Source: Moniliella sp. 'wahieum'
Taxonomy: Eukaryota
Direction of reading: 5' to 3'
Assembly (NCBI GenBank): GCA_003971905.1
Contig: RSEE01000054.1
Coordinates: forward strand, 124,001-188,000
DNA length: 64,000 bases
The notes under the pieces were generated by a model, which searched no databases, had not been told where the DNA came from, and saw only the letters and a list, made by a program, of their open reading frames with translations. Positions 50,214-62,400 of the stretch are shown here, in pieces; the first letter of the stretch is position 1, and each line of letters opens with the position of its first letter. The position numbers and the translations under genes are program-made.

Positions 50214-53200
50214 ATGCCCCCGCCCCCCCCCACGCTGTGGCAGCTCAGCCGGGAGGAACAGCCGCTGCGCCCCGCCGCAGCAACGCCCCGCCGCTCCAAC
50301 AAGCCGGCCGAGCAGCCACCCGACGCACACGACCCCCACTTCCACCAGCGCCTGTGGGAGGCCCAGTACCGCGCCGCACATGCCCCTGAGCGTGCCTTGA
50401 TTGCGCGCGCACGCCACCCGCCCGCCTCGGGCCTCCGCCGCCCAGCACCCGCCCCAGTGCCTGCTCCATCCGCCTCAACCTCAACCTCAGCATCAACAGC
50501 AACCTCGCCATCAACCTCAACATCAACCTCACCATCCGCATCCGCACCCGCATCGCCCTCGTCCGACACCCCGCCCGCTCCGTGCCCCCCTCCTCCCCCG
50601 CCACCCCCACTCGTCCCCGCCGCACCCAAACGCTGAGGCCAGCCGGCACCCCGTCGGCCTCGGCCGCACCCACCAGCGTCCCTCATCCCCCCGCCCCCAC
50701 ACTTCCCGCGCCCTCGTCGTCTCCGTCCACGATGTCGCCCTCCGCCTTGTCCCGCCGCACATCGCCCACGCACAAGAGTGACGCAATGGGGGAGGCACCG
50801 CGCCCGCTGCCGCCAAGCTGGCGCAGGAACAAGCAGACGCACCTGACGACGCCTTCCTTGCCCTCGCTCACCACCTCTCTGCTCCGCCCCACTCCGTCTA
50901 AGGGGGTGCACACCGCCCCTTCTTCCCCCAGTCGGAGTGTCCCGACGTTGACTCCGATCCACTCCTCCTCCACTCACTCTACCTCGAACCTTCGGCCCGG
51001 AGCACGTTGCCGCCCACACCCCGCATTGGCACCCCCGCCAGCACAGCACGCTCCCCTTGGTCGTCGGGGCTGCTGGAAGAGGAGGGAAGCTACACGAGCG
51101 AAGGCTCGGCGTACTCGGACCTGGACTCGTCCGACTCCGAGTCAGACATGGACACGGGCAGTCCAACGGTGCGTTGGTCGGCGTACCAGGCGCAGATCGA
51201 ACATCGTCTCGTCGATGATGACCGCCACCACGGCCCTGATGGTGAGAGGGAGGTGGGGGATGTGGTGCTGCATGGCCCAGCGGGCGGCGTCGCTTCCTCC
51301 CCCCCGTCCCCGAGTACGACACGGGCGGTATATCCGGCCAGGAAAGCAAGATTACCTGGGCTCCACGCAAACCTGCCCCTCCCGTTCCGTTGTTCCGGGC
51401 GAGGGGAGGCGGAGGAGACCGGGGAGGACGAGGTGGTGGGCAGTGCCAGTTCGCTGGTGGTGCATGCGCGCTTTGCCGTGTTTGCCGTGTCGGGTCCGAC
51501 GGTGCTCACGGCCCACAACCATAAAGTCAAAATCTTGCGTGCTGGGACGGTGCGTGCCGAAGTGGCCGGTCTGAGCGAGCCCACTCGGTTGGCTAGTACC
51601 CCCACCAGCGCGGCTGGCAGTACAGCCAGTCTTGCCAACGCTCCCGAGAAGGTAGCTACGATCCAAGACCCGGACCTTGTGCTGCAGGGACGTGTGACGG
51701 CGCTGTGCTTCCTACGGCCTACGGGGACGGAGGAAAGCGCTCGGTATGCATGGGTGGGCACGACGAGCGGGATGCTGTGGGAGCTGGATGTGGTCAATGA
51801 GGTGCGCACTGCGCTCAACCGTGGGTGCACAATGTGGCGATTGTCCGCATCTCCCGCTTGGGCGACCGCATCCTGGTTGTGGACGAGAGAGGCAAAATGT
51901 CCATCTGGTCGCCCTGGCGAGCCAACGCAGACAATTCGGCTAGCGCCCCACCGCGCTCTTCGTTGGGATTGGGAGACAAAACAGCGTCTGCCCGGGGTAG
52001 CACCGAACAGACGCAGGATAAAGAGGAGGCAGCCAGCCTCCCATCCTCCCGCCTCTCTGGCGGACTGACGGACAAGCTGTCTGCCGAGAAGAGTTCATCG
52101 GACCCTTCCACCCGCATGCTCACCACCACCCCTGTCATCCAGAAGTTTCCCGTCGAGGGGAAACACGTTGTGCCGCTGCTGGTGGGCGATCAGTTGTGGG
52201 TGGCAACGGGCGGGGCGACGTTGGGTACCTACCATGCGTCGGAGCCTGGCAGTACGGCACAAGGATCGGGTCACCGCCACAAACATTCCCTCCACCGCTC
52301 CATCCGTAAAAGTTTGCGCCGTGCGGCCGACCTCGCGTTTCATGGCGCGGGAGATCACACGCCTGCCTTTACCCCCAACCTGCGCGACATTCGCCTGCAG
52401 ATCTTCACGCCCCTTGCCAGTGCCGATGACGACCCGAGCAAGGCGCTGTCGGTACCTCCCCTCTTGCCTTCTATCGTGGCGGGGGATGATCGGTCCAGCC
52501 ACGGCGGCAGCCACGGTGCCCTGCTCCCCTGCCACCGTCTTCATCTCGCACACGACAGGCCATGTAAGTTCGCCTGTCCCTTGGCCCTTTTTGTCTCTGT
52601 CTCCTGTCTCCTGTCTCCTGCAGGTCCTTTATCCCTGACTTTTTCCATAAGACGCCCTACTGACTGGCCCACCTCCAGATCTCCGAATGGTCCCGCACGT
52701 CGTACCAGTGTGTGCGGTACACCAGAACGCATTGGATGCGATCCTGTGTATGACGGCTGCCGGACGGTACCTCTGGGCCGGGACAAAGGGAGGCAAGATC
52801 TTGGTATTTGGCCTGGCGGAGCAGAAGAGCGCGCGCCAGCATGCCGGTTGGTGGTGGTCAAATCCTGGGTGGCGCATGGCGGCAACCCCGTTACGCGACT
52901 CGTGACGGACCCCGATGGCATTGCGCTGGGTCGACTGCAGGTCGTGAGCGGCGGGATGGACGGGGCGGTGAGGGTATGGGATGGGCTCTTGACGCACGAT
53001 TGGTTTGAGCGTCGCATTGGCCGCTCCTTGCCGCACGTAGCTACCTCGCGCACCATCCGCACGCTCCATGTGACGTACAATGTCGATGCGGCCGATCCGC
53101 TGCTTCTCCAAAGTCCCAAGGGCAAAACGGAGAACCGGGAATTTCTACAGGACCTTCTTCGAAGTGCTGGACACGCGCCGCCGGTAACGATGACGACGCG

Positions 53201-54560
53201 TGCCACGGAGTCAATCAAGCCGGTTGGCCCCGAGGTGATTGTGTTTGGGTTGCAGGAACTGATTGATCTGGAAGACAAGCGATTGACAGCGAAAAGTCTC
53301 TTGTTGGGCAAGAAGTCGACGACCAACAAGAAATCCGTGGGCAACGACGTGGGCGACCGCATCTCGCACCAATATGCCGCCTGGCGCACCGCGCTCATCA
53401 CCGCCGTCGCCGACATGTTTGGGCAGGGCAAGTACGAGCTGGTGCAGTCCGAGTTGCTAGTGGGCCTAATGACGTGCGTGTTTGTCTCGGTGCAAGAGAT
53501 TCGCGCCGGCACGCTGTCCGAAGCGGCGGTGGGCACGGTCAAGACCGGCTTTGGAGGTCGGTACGGCAACAAGGGCGCTGTGGCAGCGCGCGTCGTGCTC
53601 GACGATACAAGCTTGTGCTTTGTCAATTGTCATTTGGCCGCCGGCCAACGCCACGTCCAAGCGCGCAACACTGATGCCGCTACCATTCTCACCGCACCCA
53701 AACTCTTCCCCAAAAGCGCCGCGGCCGCCAGCACGCTCCCGCCCGGACCCCACACCGCCCCCGGACCCATTCCCCCGGCACTGCGTCGCACCCTCGCCTT
53801 TACCCGTGGCGGCGACGGCGAGCAAATCTTGGATCACGACATTGTCTTTTGGAGCGGCGATCTGAACTGTGCGTCCCTTGCCCCTTGCCCTTCCCCCGTC
53901 GTCCCTTTGCTTTGCTCTTTGCCCTTTCGCCTGTGGTGAACGAGAAATGTAGCGCTAACATCGAGGGATCGCGTCTGGTAGATCGGATCGACCTTACGCG
54001 GAACGAGACGCTGGGGTACCTGCACACGGCAACCTCGCCGCTCTTCGAGATGTGGACCAGTTGGGCAGCCAAACTTGTGGCAATGCGAGTTTTGCGCTGC
54101 GCGGGTTTGTCGAAGCGCCAATCGGGTTTGCGCCGACGTACAAGTACAACCACCTGTCTTGCGAGTACGACACGTCGAGCAAGCAACGTGTGCCGGCATG
54201 GTGCGATCGGATCCTGTGGTGCGATGCCGGGGCGACGTTCCCGTCGAGGTGCGTGCGCGAGCACGACGCGGCGGACGACGAGCTGGTGGAGCAGGTGCTG
54301 GGTGCGGCCTCGACGCCCGTGCCCGCTCGCGAGCCGGCGTTGCGGCGCGGCCGCAGTCGGTGCAGGGCCACAGCTACCGCTCCTGGCCCGCTAGCATCTC
54401 GGACCACCGCCCCGTGTCGAGCCAGTTTGATGTGCGCGTGCAGCGCATCGAGCCGGGCAAGCTGGCTCGGCTGCTGCCGCGCTTGCGCCAAGAGTGGGCA
54501 GTGGTCCAGGCGGCGGCTGGACGAGGCCAAGCTGTTTTACCACACCAGCATCCCAGCTAA
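50214..54560 (+). CDS. Inositol polyphosphate 5-phosphatase with N-terminal Pro-rich and WD40-like regions
   Basis: [76 protein letters not shown]; introns near 52564-52678 and 53869-53980. Confidence 0.92.
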
Positions 54561-54756
54561 ACTACCCCACACGGCTCCCCTGCCCTGTCCTGCTCCTTTG
54601 GCTTTCTATGTAGCCCCTCGGCAGCGCCTCGCGGGATCGGTTGTATGTTGCTTGCATGTGTATATGTATAGATGGACATGGATCGGAAGTTCCCCCCCCC
54701 CCTGCCATCCACGTCCGCGGTGCGCTGTGCGCCGTGGGCCCAACCCCCGTAGTGCC

Positions 54757-57412
54757 TTAGATCTCGCCGGCCTTCTGCGCCTCGAGAAACTTTGGTGGAG
54801 CCGGACCTGGGCCTTGAACTCTTTATCGAGCGCCTTGCGGCGCGACTTGGACAAGGCTTCGCCCTGGGCATCGGTGAGCGGGATGCCCTGGTCGTCGTAC
54901 GTGGCATACTTGGTGCTGGCATCGGGGGCGGAGCGGAACAAGTCGGCCGGGGCGTGCGACCTTTTTGCCAGAGAGCCAACTGCTTGGCGCGCGCGGCCTG
55001 TTGCGCAGCCTGTTTGCGCGCGGCTTTGTCCTGCGCCGCCTGCTCGCGCGCCGCGCGCGCCGCCCGCATCTCCGCCGGCGGCACAAACTTGACCAACGCC
55101 GGACCCGTCGTGCTGTCCTCCAACGTCACCCCCAGCTCGTCCAGACGGCCATCGTCTCGTACCCGGTCGCACAGCGCCAGCAGTTCCTTCGGCAAGGCGG
55201 CCGGCTCCGTCGTGCGCGCCAGCGCACGCACCTCGTCCCGGAACTGAGACAGCAGCGTCACGTACGGCGCGACCAGCTGTTCTTTATCGACCGTTGATGT
55301 GGATGCAGAGGCGGAGGCGCCTCCGCTCGCCGCCCCGTCGTCGCGTCGGCGCCGGCGCAACGCCCCAGCCAAACTGCGTCTCGGTAGGGGACGGGTAGGT
55401 GAGGCCCAAGATGGAGAAGAGGTGGGTCATCCAGTGCACGACCGACAGCAGCGTGGGCATGTGCACGTGCACGGCCACGGGCAGATTGGGCTTGTTGCCA
55501 CTGTCGAGGTACACGTTGGTCTCGCCAATCAAGTCGCGGACCAAACGCAGCGCGAGCGGCGTATCAAAGTTGTCCGCCAACGCGAGGCGCACGGCATGCT
55601 GGGTGCGACCCAGCGCGGCTGCCAAGCTACTTTCGCGGTGCGTGTAGCCATGCGTGATGCCCTCCCCGCTGGGCAGAGGTGGGTCGAGCGCTTGGGCCTG
55701 CGCCGTGGCGTCCGACCCGGCCGCCTGCTGCGCGGCCAACACACGCGCGCGCACGGTACGGAACAAGTTGTCCGTCGCGGCCTCGAACCGGCGCACCTCA
55801 TCAATCGCCTTGGCACTAAAGTCCATCCTGCGGTCCCACGGCTGGAAGAGGAACGCAAGACGCAATTGGCGAGGGCTGTACTGGGCCAAGGCATCGTCGA
55901 CCGAGATAAAGTTCTTGAGCGACTTGGACATCTTGGCGCCTTCAATGTGCAGGTGGCCCGTGTGGAGGAAATAGTTGATCCACTGGTACGTGCCGTGGTA
56001 CGCCTCGCTTTGGCCAGCTCATTGTCGTGGTGCGGGAACTTGAGGTCCTCCCCGCCGGAATGAATGTCAATTTTCGGACCAAACACCGCGCTGGCCATGA
56101 CACTGCACTCAATGTGCCATCCTGGCCGGCCAGGACCCCAGGGCGACGGCCACGCCGGCTCGCCGGCTTGCTGCTCTTCCACAGTGCAAAGTCCGCTGCA
56201 CTCTTCTTGCCCCGGGTCTGGGCCGCGCCCACCGACAGACTGCCCTCGCCCTCGGCAAGCAGCGCCGAATCCGTCTTGCTCGCCGGGCCAACTTGGCGTA
56301 CACGTGGTGCAACGTGGTGCACTGTGTGTGTTGGCACGATGCGCCTTGCTCTTGCGCTGGCGCTTGGCCTTCGACCTGCGCCTGCGCCACGGGTCCACCG
56401 CCGCCCCATCAAACGCACGCACATCAAACCACACATTGCCCGCCGCGTCGGCATAGCCAAACCCGCGCTCTACAATCCGCTCCACAAACGACACGATCTC
56501 CGGCACGTACTCGCTGACCCGGGTCAGTGTCGTCGGACGCTCCACATTGAGCCGTTCCATGTCGTGGAAAAATGCCGCTTCCCACCGGGCGGCCAAGGCG
56601 CGGAAAATCGCAGGATCCGTCACGCTTGCCCCCTTGGCCGCATCCAAGTACGGTGCCAACACATCCCCCGCTGCCGTGTGCAGCGCACTGGCATCCTCCC
56701 CGGCTGGCGCCAGCTTGGCTGCCAGCAAGCCATCGCGCGCCGACTGGACGCAGTCAGATGCTTTTGAGCTTGGCGCTGCTCTCGGCGTTGGCTGGGGTGC
56801 CGTCAGGCTTGGTCAACGGCGTTTGGCCAGGGCTCTGCTCGTGGGCAGCATGGGCGGTACGGACGGCTTCGAAGATCGCTTCGGGATCGGGCGTCGACTC
56901 GTGCGGCGGCGGTGTGGTCCAGGCGGCAAGGTGGGTGAGCGCGTAGGCATCGGTCGCGCGCCGGACCTGGTCCAGCAGGGCCGGGGAAAGCGTAGGCTGG
57001 GCGGTGCGGTTTTCAGTGAGGAGGAACTGCTGGCGGGCACGCAGGATGATCTTGTCATCAATGTCGGTGATGTTCATGGCAAAGTGCACGTCAAAGCCAA
57101 AATAGTCGCGGAGGATGCGGCGGATGATATCCTGGGTCACATAGTTGCGTGCATGGCCCATGTGCGACGCATCGTACACCGTCGGCCCGCAGTTGTACCA
57201 CGTCACGACGCCGTCAGGGCGGACGGGGACAAAGAGGTCCTTGGAGCGCGTCAGGCTGTTCTGCATGCGCAGCGGCACGGGCACCGGCGCTGGCGCGTGC
57301 GGGCGCAGCCAGGGGGCTGGGCAGCACTCATGGCGGTGGCGGAGGTGCTGAGGAAGCGGCGGGGAATGGAGGTGGAGGGCGAGCGGGAGAAGGAGAAGAA
57401 CCCGTGGCTCAT
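54757..57412 (-). CDS. CRS1: Cysteinyl-tRNA synthetase (two in-frame ATGs: 57412 and 57331)
   Basis: [79 protein letters not shown]. Confidence 0.96.
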
Positions 57413-57535
57413 CAACCAACGCAGCAGCCGCGTCGACGGGAGGAGAGGAGGCGGTGGTGGTGGTGGTGGCCAGCAAAATTCTTCCGCCCTCGACGTCGCC
57501 GAGCAGCGGAGAGAAAGAATGATCGATGGCTTCGA

Positions 57536-57542
57536 TGACTCA
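57536..57542 (+). promoter_or_regulatory. Gcn4/CPC-1-type element TGACTCA upstream of CysRS
   Basis: Exact consensus ~124 bp upstream of the first ATG; CCAAT and TCACGTGAC within the next 30 bp. Confidence 0.55.
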
Positions 57543-57676
57543 CCGCCGCCAATTGGGGCATCACGTGACCGGCGCCGCTTCTCTCGCTCGGCGCCGTCTG
57601 TCTGCGCGGCCTGTCTTGGCCGCCGGCACACCACCGCCAGTGGCGACGATGGGCTGGGCTGCGCTCTGCGGTGGGC

Positions 57677-58651
57677 ATGCCGCCGCCTGTTCCTGGACTC
57701 GCCTCGCCGCTTCGTGTGCGGGCGCATGTGTCCTCCACCGCGTCCGCCTCGGCCCCTCCCCCGTACCCCCGCCAGCGGCCGTGCCCCTTTCGGGCACGGG
57801 GCGGCAAGGAGAGCCGGTGCGCATCTATCGCTATGCCGTCGATGCGCACGGCCAACTTTTTCTGCACGACACGCCGGTCAAGAACATGGCGGTAAGGTAA
57901 CCGGATCGCGCTTCGTCTTCACCCCGCTTGCTATATTCTTGCCTGGGCACAGCCCCTTTGCTGTTGCTTCTCGCTGACCCGGCCCCGCTGTTGGCAGACG
58001 TGCTACAAGGACCTAGCCTTTCTTGATTTTTTCTTTGTCCGAATCAAGCCCAACCCGTACCCGGCGGCATCTCTGTCGGAATTGGTCGAAACGCTGGGCT
58101 GTGCGGACGAGGAGCCCGGCCAGGATGGCATCCCGGCATGGGACCGTCACGACTGGCCCGAGCAACTGGTATCGCACAGCTCCCCTAGTGCGACCAAGGC
58201 CGAGGTGGAGCAGCGTGCGGCGCAGATAGCCCAGCGTGCCGGGTACAGGTACCTGAGCCCCTGCATGGGCGAGCTGAACTTTGTCCGTCCCACTGAGCCG
58301 ACGGAACGGCGGTGGTGTACCGCGACTGGTTCCTTGCCCGAAACGCCCAGTGACTTGTCGCTTTTGTGGGCAGGCCGACGATTGGAGCCGTTTGAGCCAG
58401 CGCGCTTGACCCTCCATCCTGAAACGGGACGGATCTACCACCCGTCCCCACGGCCGCTCTTGCGCGCCGGCATGCCTGTCTGTGCCCTGTCCGACTCGCT
58501 CGTCTTGCGCCACCTGGCGGACCGGTTGGAGTTGGTGGAAGAGACAGAAGACGGTCCATCTGCCGTCGCAGCCCATCTGCATTGGCAAGGAACTACCTAC
58601 CCCATCTCTGCCTTCACCCCAGCGTCCCAATCAGACGGCATAGCACTGTGA
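57677..58651 (+). CDS. C8orf82/UPF0598 (DUF4505)-like protein
   Basis: RIYRYAVDAHGQLFLHDTPVKNMA|TCYKDLAFLDFFFVRIKPN, YLSPCMGELNFVR, FEPARLTLHPETGRIYHP; intron about 57892-57998. Start uncertain. Confidence 0.8.
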
Positions 58652-59227
58652 TCCGCACCGTTTGCATCCATCTTCCTCGTCTTGCTACTGTATTATCCTT
58701 CTACGCCCTTCCCCCTACAGGGCAGAAGGAAGGTTTGTTTTGATGGCACGCATGACCGGCACGAGTACAATCATTTCTGCGGGAGCTTTAATTGAAGCCT
58801 GCTGCAGAGGCAAGGTGCCATGGTGATACATAGGTACAGTGGGGTGTGCAGACACCAATGCAGATGCGAGGGAAGACGGAACAATGATCAGGAGGGAAAA
58901 GGAGAAGGCCATGCCCGAGAAACAACATCAACGCCAATGCCAATATGGTATGACCCTGTGGTCCACACAGGGATATAGAAATCAGGAGCGGGGAAAGGGG
59001 AGGGGCAGAAAAGAAAATGGCGGAGAAACCGGTGCCCCGATGGGCGACACACGGTGGAGTAGCGTGGCGAGTGCGGATGAAGGGTTGCCTGGAGGGGGAT
59101 CCGAAGGAACAAGGTTGGAGAGCAAGCCATCCTAATGTCTTGATTCAAGGTCCAGCCTTGGGTGAATGCAGGAAGTTGACAGGATGTGGATCGAGAAGTG
59201 GAAGGGGGGGCGTGCGAGGGGGCTTGT

Positions 59228-59413
59228 TCAGCAATGCTTCGTTTTGCTTGACAAAGCCGAGGAGAGGTCTTCAAGATGGCGATGGGGCCAGAGGGGACCG
59301 TTATCGGGAGCACCGGGGCGGCAACGAGGAAGACCGCAGTTCTTGCACCGCTCCCAGTAGTAACTCACATTGTAGTTGCAGTTTGGGCACCGGAGCTGAA
59401 CGCCGCCAGACAT
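59228..59413 (-). CDS. Small zinc-ribbon protein or first exon (CX2C-X10-CX2C)
   Basis: MSGGVQLRCPNCNYNVSYYWERCKNCGLPR...; start context CAACCATGTCT; TATATAAA at 59622-59629 (minus strand) followed by a CT-rich leader. Confidence 0.45.
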   Translation of the reverse strand: MSGGVQLRCPNCNYNVSYYWERCKNCGLPRCRPGAPDNGPLWPHRHLEDLSSALSSKTKHC

Positions 59414-62400
59414 GGTTGAGCTGCAGCAGGAGGGGCTGGGTCTCGGGGTGGGGTGGGATGGGTTGAGTTGGGGTGGGGTGCAGAAGGCACGCGTGTGTCG
59501 AAGTGGGGAGCGAAGGAGACAGCCAGGGATAGAGGCGGTAGGTAAGACGCTCAACAAAGGAGAGGCGGATCGGCCAGGGACAGAAAAGAGAAGGGAGAAG
59601 GAGGGGGCGCTGGGCAGCGCCTTTATATACTGGCGGGGCCAAGTCCGGGGAGAGAGGGGGGGACTGTGCACAGCACGGTACCTGGCACTGACGCCGTGCT
59701 GCGATGGTGCCAGGCTGAGCTCTCGGTGCTACTGCCTCAGCGAGGCTCAGCGCCCAGCGCCCTCAGCGCCTCAGCGGCCCAACGCGTCGGACGCACGGCG
59801 TACTGGCACCGACAACGGAGTGTGGCTACCGTTCCCCCAGGGCGCAGGCTCAGCGCGCAGCCGCCCAGCGCCGCTCTCGGCTGTGGGGGTGTGGGGCTGT
59901 GGAGTGCGGGGACGCCAAGCGAAAGGAGGGGGCAGCGCAGGCGGAGCTGCGGCAGTACAGCAGCTCCGCCGTTTTCGTTTCGGCACCACAAATCCACACG
60001 GCGTGTATTGTACTAGTAGCAGAGGGTACGTGGCAGTCCCACGAGGGACGGGGTGCTGGGTGCGATTGGGAAGGTGCTATCCCCCCCACACCGCCTCCCT
60101 GCCCCGCGGCCCGTCGCGCCGCAGCTCCCAATCCCACGGTTGAGCGTTGGCTCATATTTGCATAATTGTTGCCCCAGACGAGAGGTGCCCCCACCGTGCC
60201 ATTGTGCTGCTTCGCCCATCGTTCGCCAGCTACGCGTCCAAAGCTGCTCAAGCTTAGTACCTTCAAAAAGCTTCCAGGTGACGGGAGTGAATCATCCGCC
60301 GCCGTGTCGCTCTGCACAGAGAAGCATCACGCATCGGCATCCATTGTCAATTGTGCTTGTCTCCGACTGCGGCTGCGGAAAAGGGTCAACAGACGGTGGA
60401 AATGAGGCGGTGGAGATGAGACGTTGGGGACGCTGAGGCTGGGCGCTGAACGAACGTTGCAACGTGCAACGCCGCGATAGCGTTGGATGGCGGGGGGCGC
60501 GAGTGTGGAGATGTCTCTCCGCCGCGGGTTGTGGGGCGGAAAGGGGCGGAGATGGAATGATGGGTGACATATGATAGCAAGAGGGGAGGGGAGGGGTAAC
60601 CGGTAAGCACCGGTGAGTGTGACATCGTGGTAGGAGCGCCTAGTAGGCTCTCGGACTACGTAGCAGTCTCGGGAGCTAAACAACTGGAACATGGTCCTCC
60701 AGGAGAACCTAATAGCGGCCCTGTCACCAGTCATTAGTGTCACTCACTCTCGAGCTGTGATGGTACGCAACTCCGAGCCGGCGCTGCTGCGGACTGCGAC
60801 TCCAAAAGAAGCTGCACTGCACTTTTTCTTGCCCATGCCCATCTCCATTCCTCACCGGGCCCATCGGACATCCATCGAGAGACGCGATGAAACATCTCGC
60901 AGCTTCAGCACTCGGCTTTTGCGTCATCTATCACGTACGTCATGCAGAGCGCCGCGAGCGCGCGAGCATCACGCAGGGGTATTATTTTACACGCCACTAG
61001 GAACACCACTGGAACACCCCAATTTCCCCAGGTTGCTCGCTGCCTGACACACCGCCTGGCAAGTAAGTCTGACACGTGTTGTTGAGAGGTGGCATGACAT
61101 GCACGATCCAGTCCTTATTTGAGGCGGAGAGGCTCCGAGGCTCCCAGAGGGCTGGGGAGAGATCCGGTAGTGTTTGCGTAAAAACCTCTCTTCTCTCACC
61201 AGGGGGGTGTCGGTGTGCTTACTTTCAGTTTCCTTCAGCGGTCCCATTCAAAAGTGCAGGTCCCTACCGTGGTATATAGCCTGTGCGGGAGAACTGCGCT
61301 ACTGTTGATATACACACCACTCGGCACGTGGCGCGCGCGCGGATGGCGCGAGCTCCCACATTTTAGGTGTGGGCTTCAGCCCAAAGCACACAGAAAAGGG
61401 TGTTTAATTGGAGCAGGTATTGCCCCATCTTTGGAAAACGTGACGGACGACAAGTGGCAAGGGGGAGGCTATATACGCTCTAAGTATGATGTGAAGGCTA
61501 AGCCTTAGCGCTAAGCTATGGCCGTAGTAGACTAGGGCCTAGCCCCACCTAGTCTACGTATGGCCCAACTGCCAAGACGAGAACTTTTGCGTCTCAACCA
61601 GCGCCTGACCATCAGCGCTCAGCCACACAAATTGCGGAACATGATGGTCCAGACGCAATGGGGTAGTCTTTGCGCCCCCAGCACATGGTCTCTTATGCCT
61701 TCAGTGTACATATTATGTACAGCATGATGCTTGATGGAAGCATATAGATATGTTTTCCCTCCGTTCTTCTGTTGTTTTTCCTCTTGTTGTTCGGCCCCAC
61801 TGTGCATTTCCGAATCGCTTGTTGTTGTCTGTAGGCGGCTCTCTTTGGTTCGGTGTTAGACCGCCACCAGCACCACTGCTACATAAAAGGCCTCAGCGCG
61901 CCACAAGGCTGTAATCGTCGCTGCGCTTCCTTTTGGCCTCAGGGCATACTTATGTGGGTTAATTGTATGGTAGAGAGTCCGTGCGGGCGTTTTCTTGTTG
62001 AATTCATTCGAAGCAGGAGATGGGAAAAGAGATTTGAACAAAAAGTAAACGCACACCAGTGACAGTGACCTGTGGCCCGTATAGCTAAGAGACTCTCGGC
62101 CCAGGTCCACAGGTCCAAGCGTACATGTTCAGTGGATTTAGACGCGAAAAGGAGGAATACAGCCATGGATGTTCACAGTGTTTATATGAGGGCAACAGCC
62201 ATTGACGTAGTCATAGCCCGTACAGCATTCTTGATGTGTACATGTTATAGGAACGGGCGCGGTGCGCACAACGAGTGATGCAACGCAAATACGCCAGCCA
62301 ATCATGTGGTGCACATTCGCTGTTGCACACTAAGGGTTGTATTGGGTTCTTCTTATAAGTATACCTGAGAGCCTGTGTCTCTCCCCTGGTGCCTTTCGTC

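Noticed and set aside
1385..58651. Frameshifts in almost every gene, suggesting pseudogenisation, programmed frameshifting or RNA editing
   Set aside because: They affect essential genes (ThrRS, CysRS, CCT6, eIF2B-epsilon) at a similar rate, often at homopolymers, and also distinguish the two LTRs. Uncorrected long-read indels explain this best.
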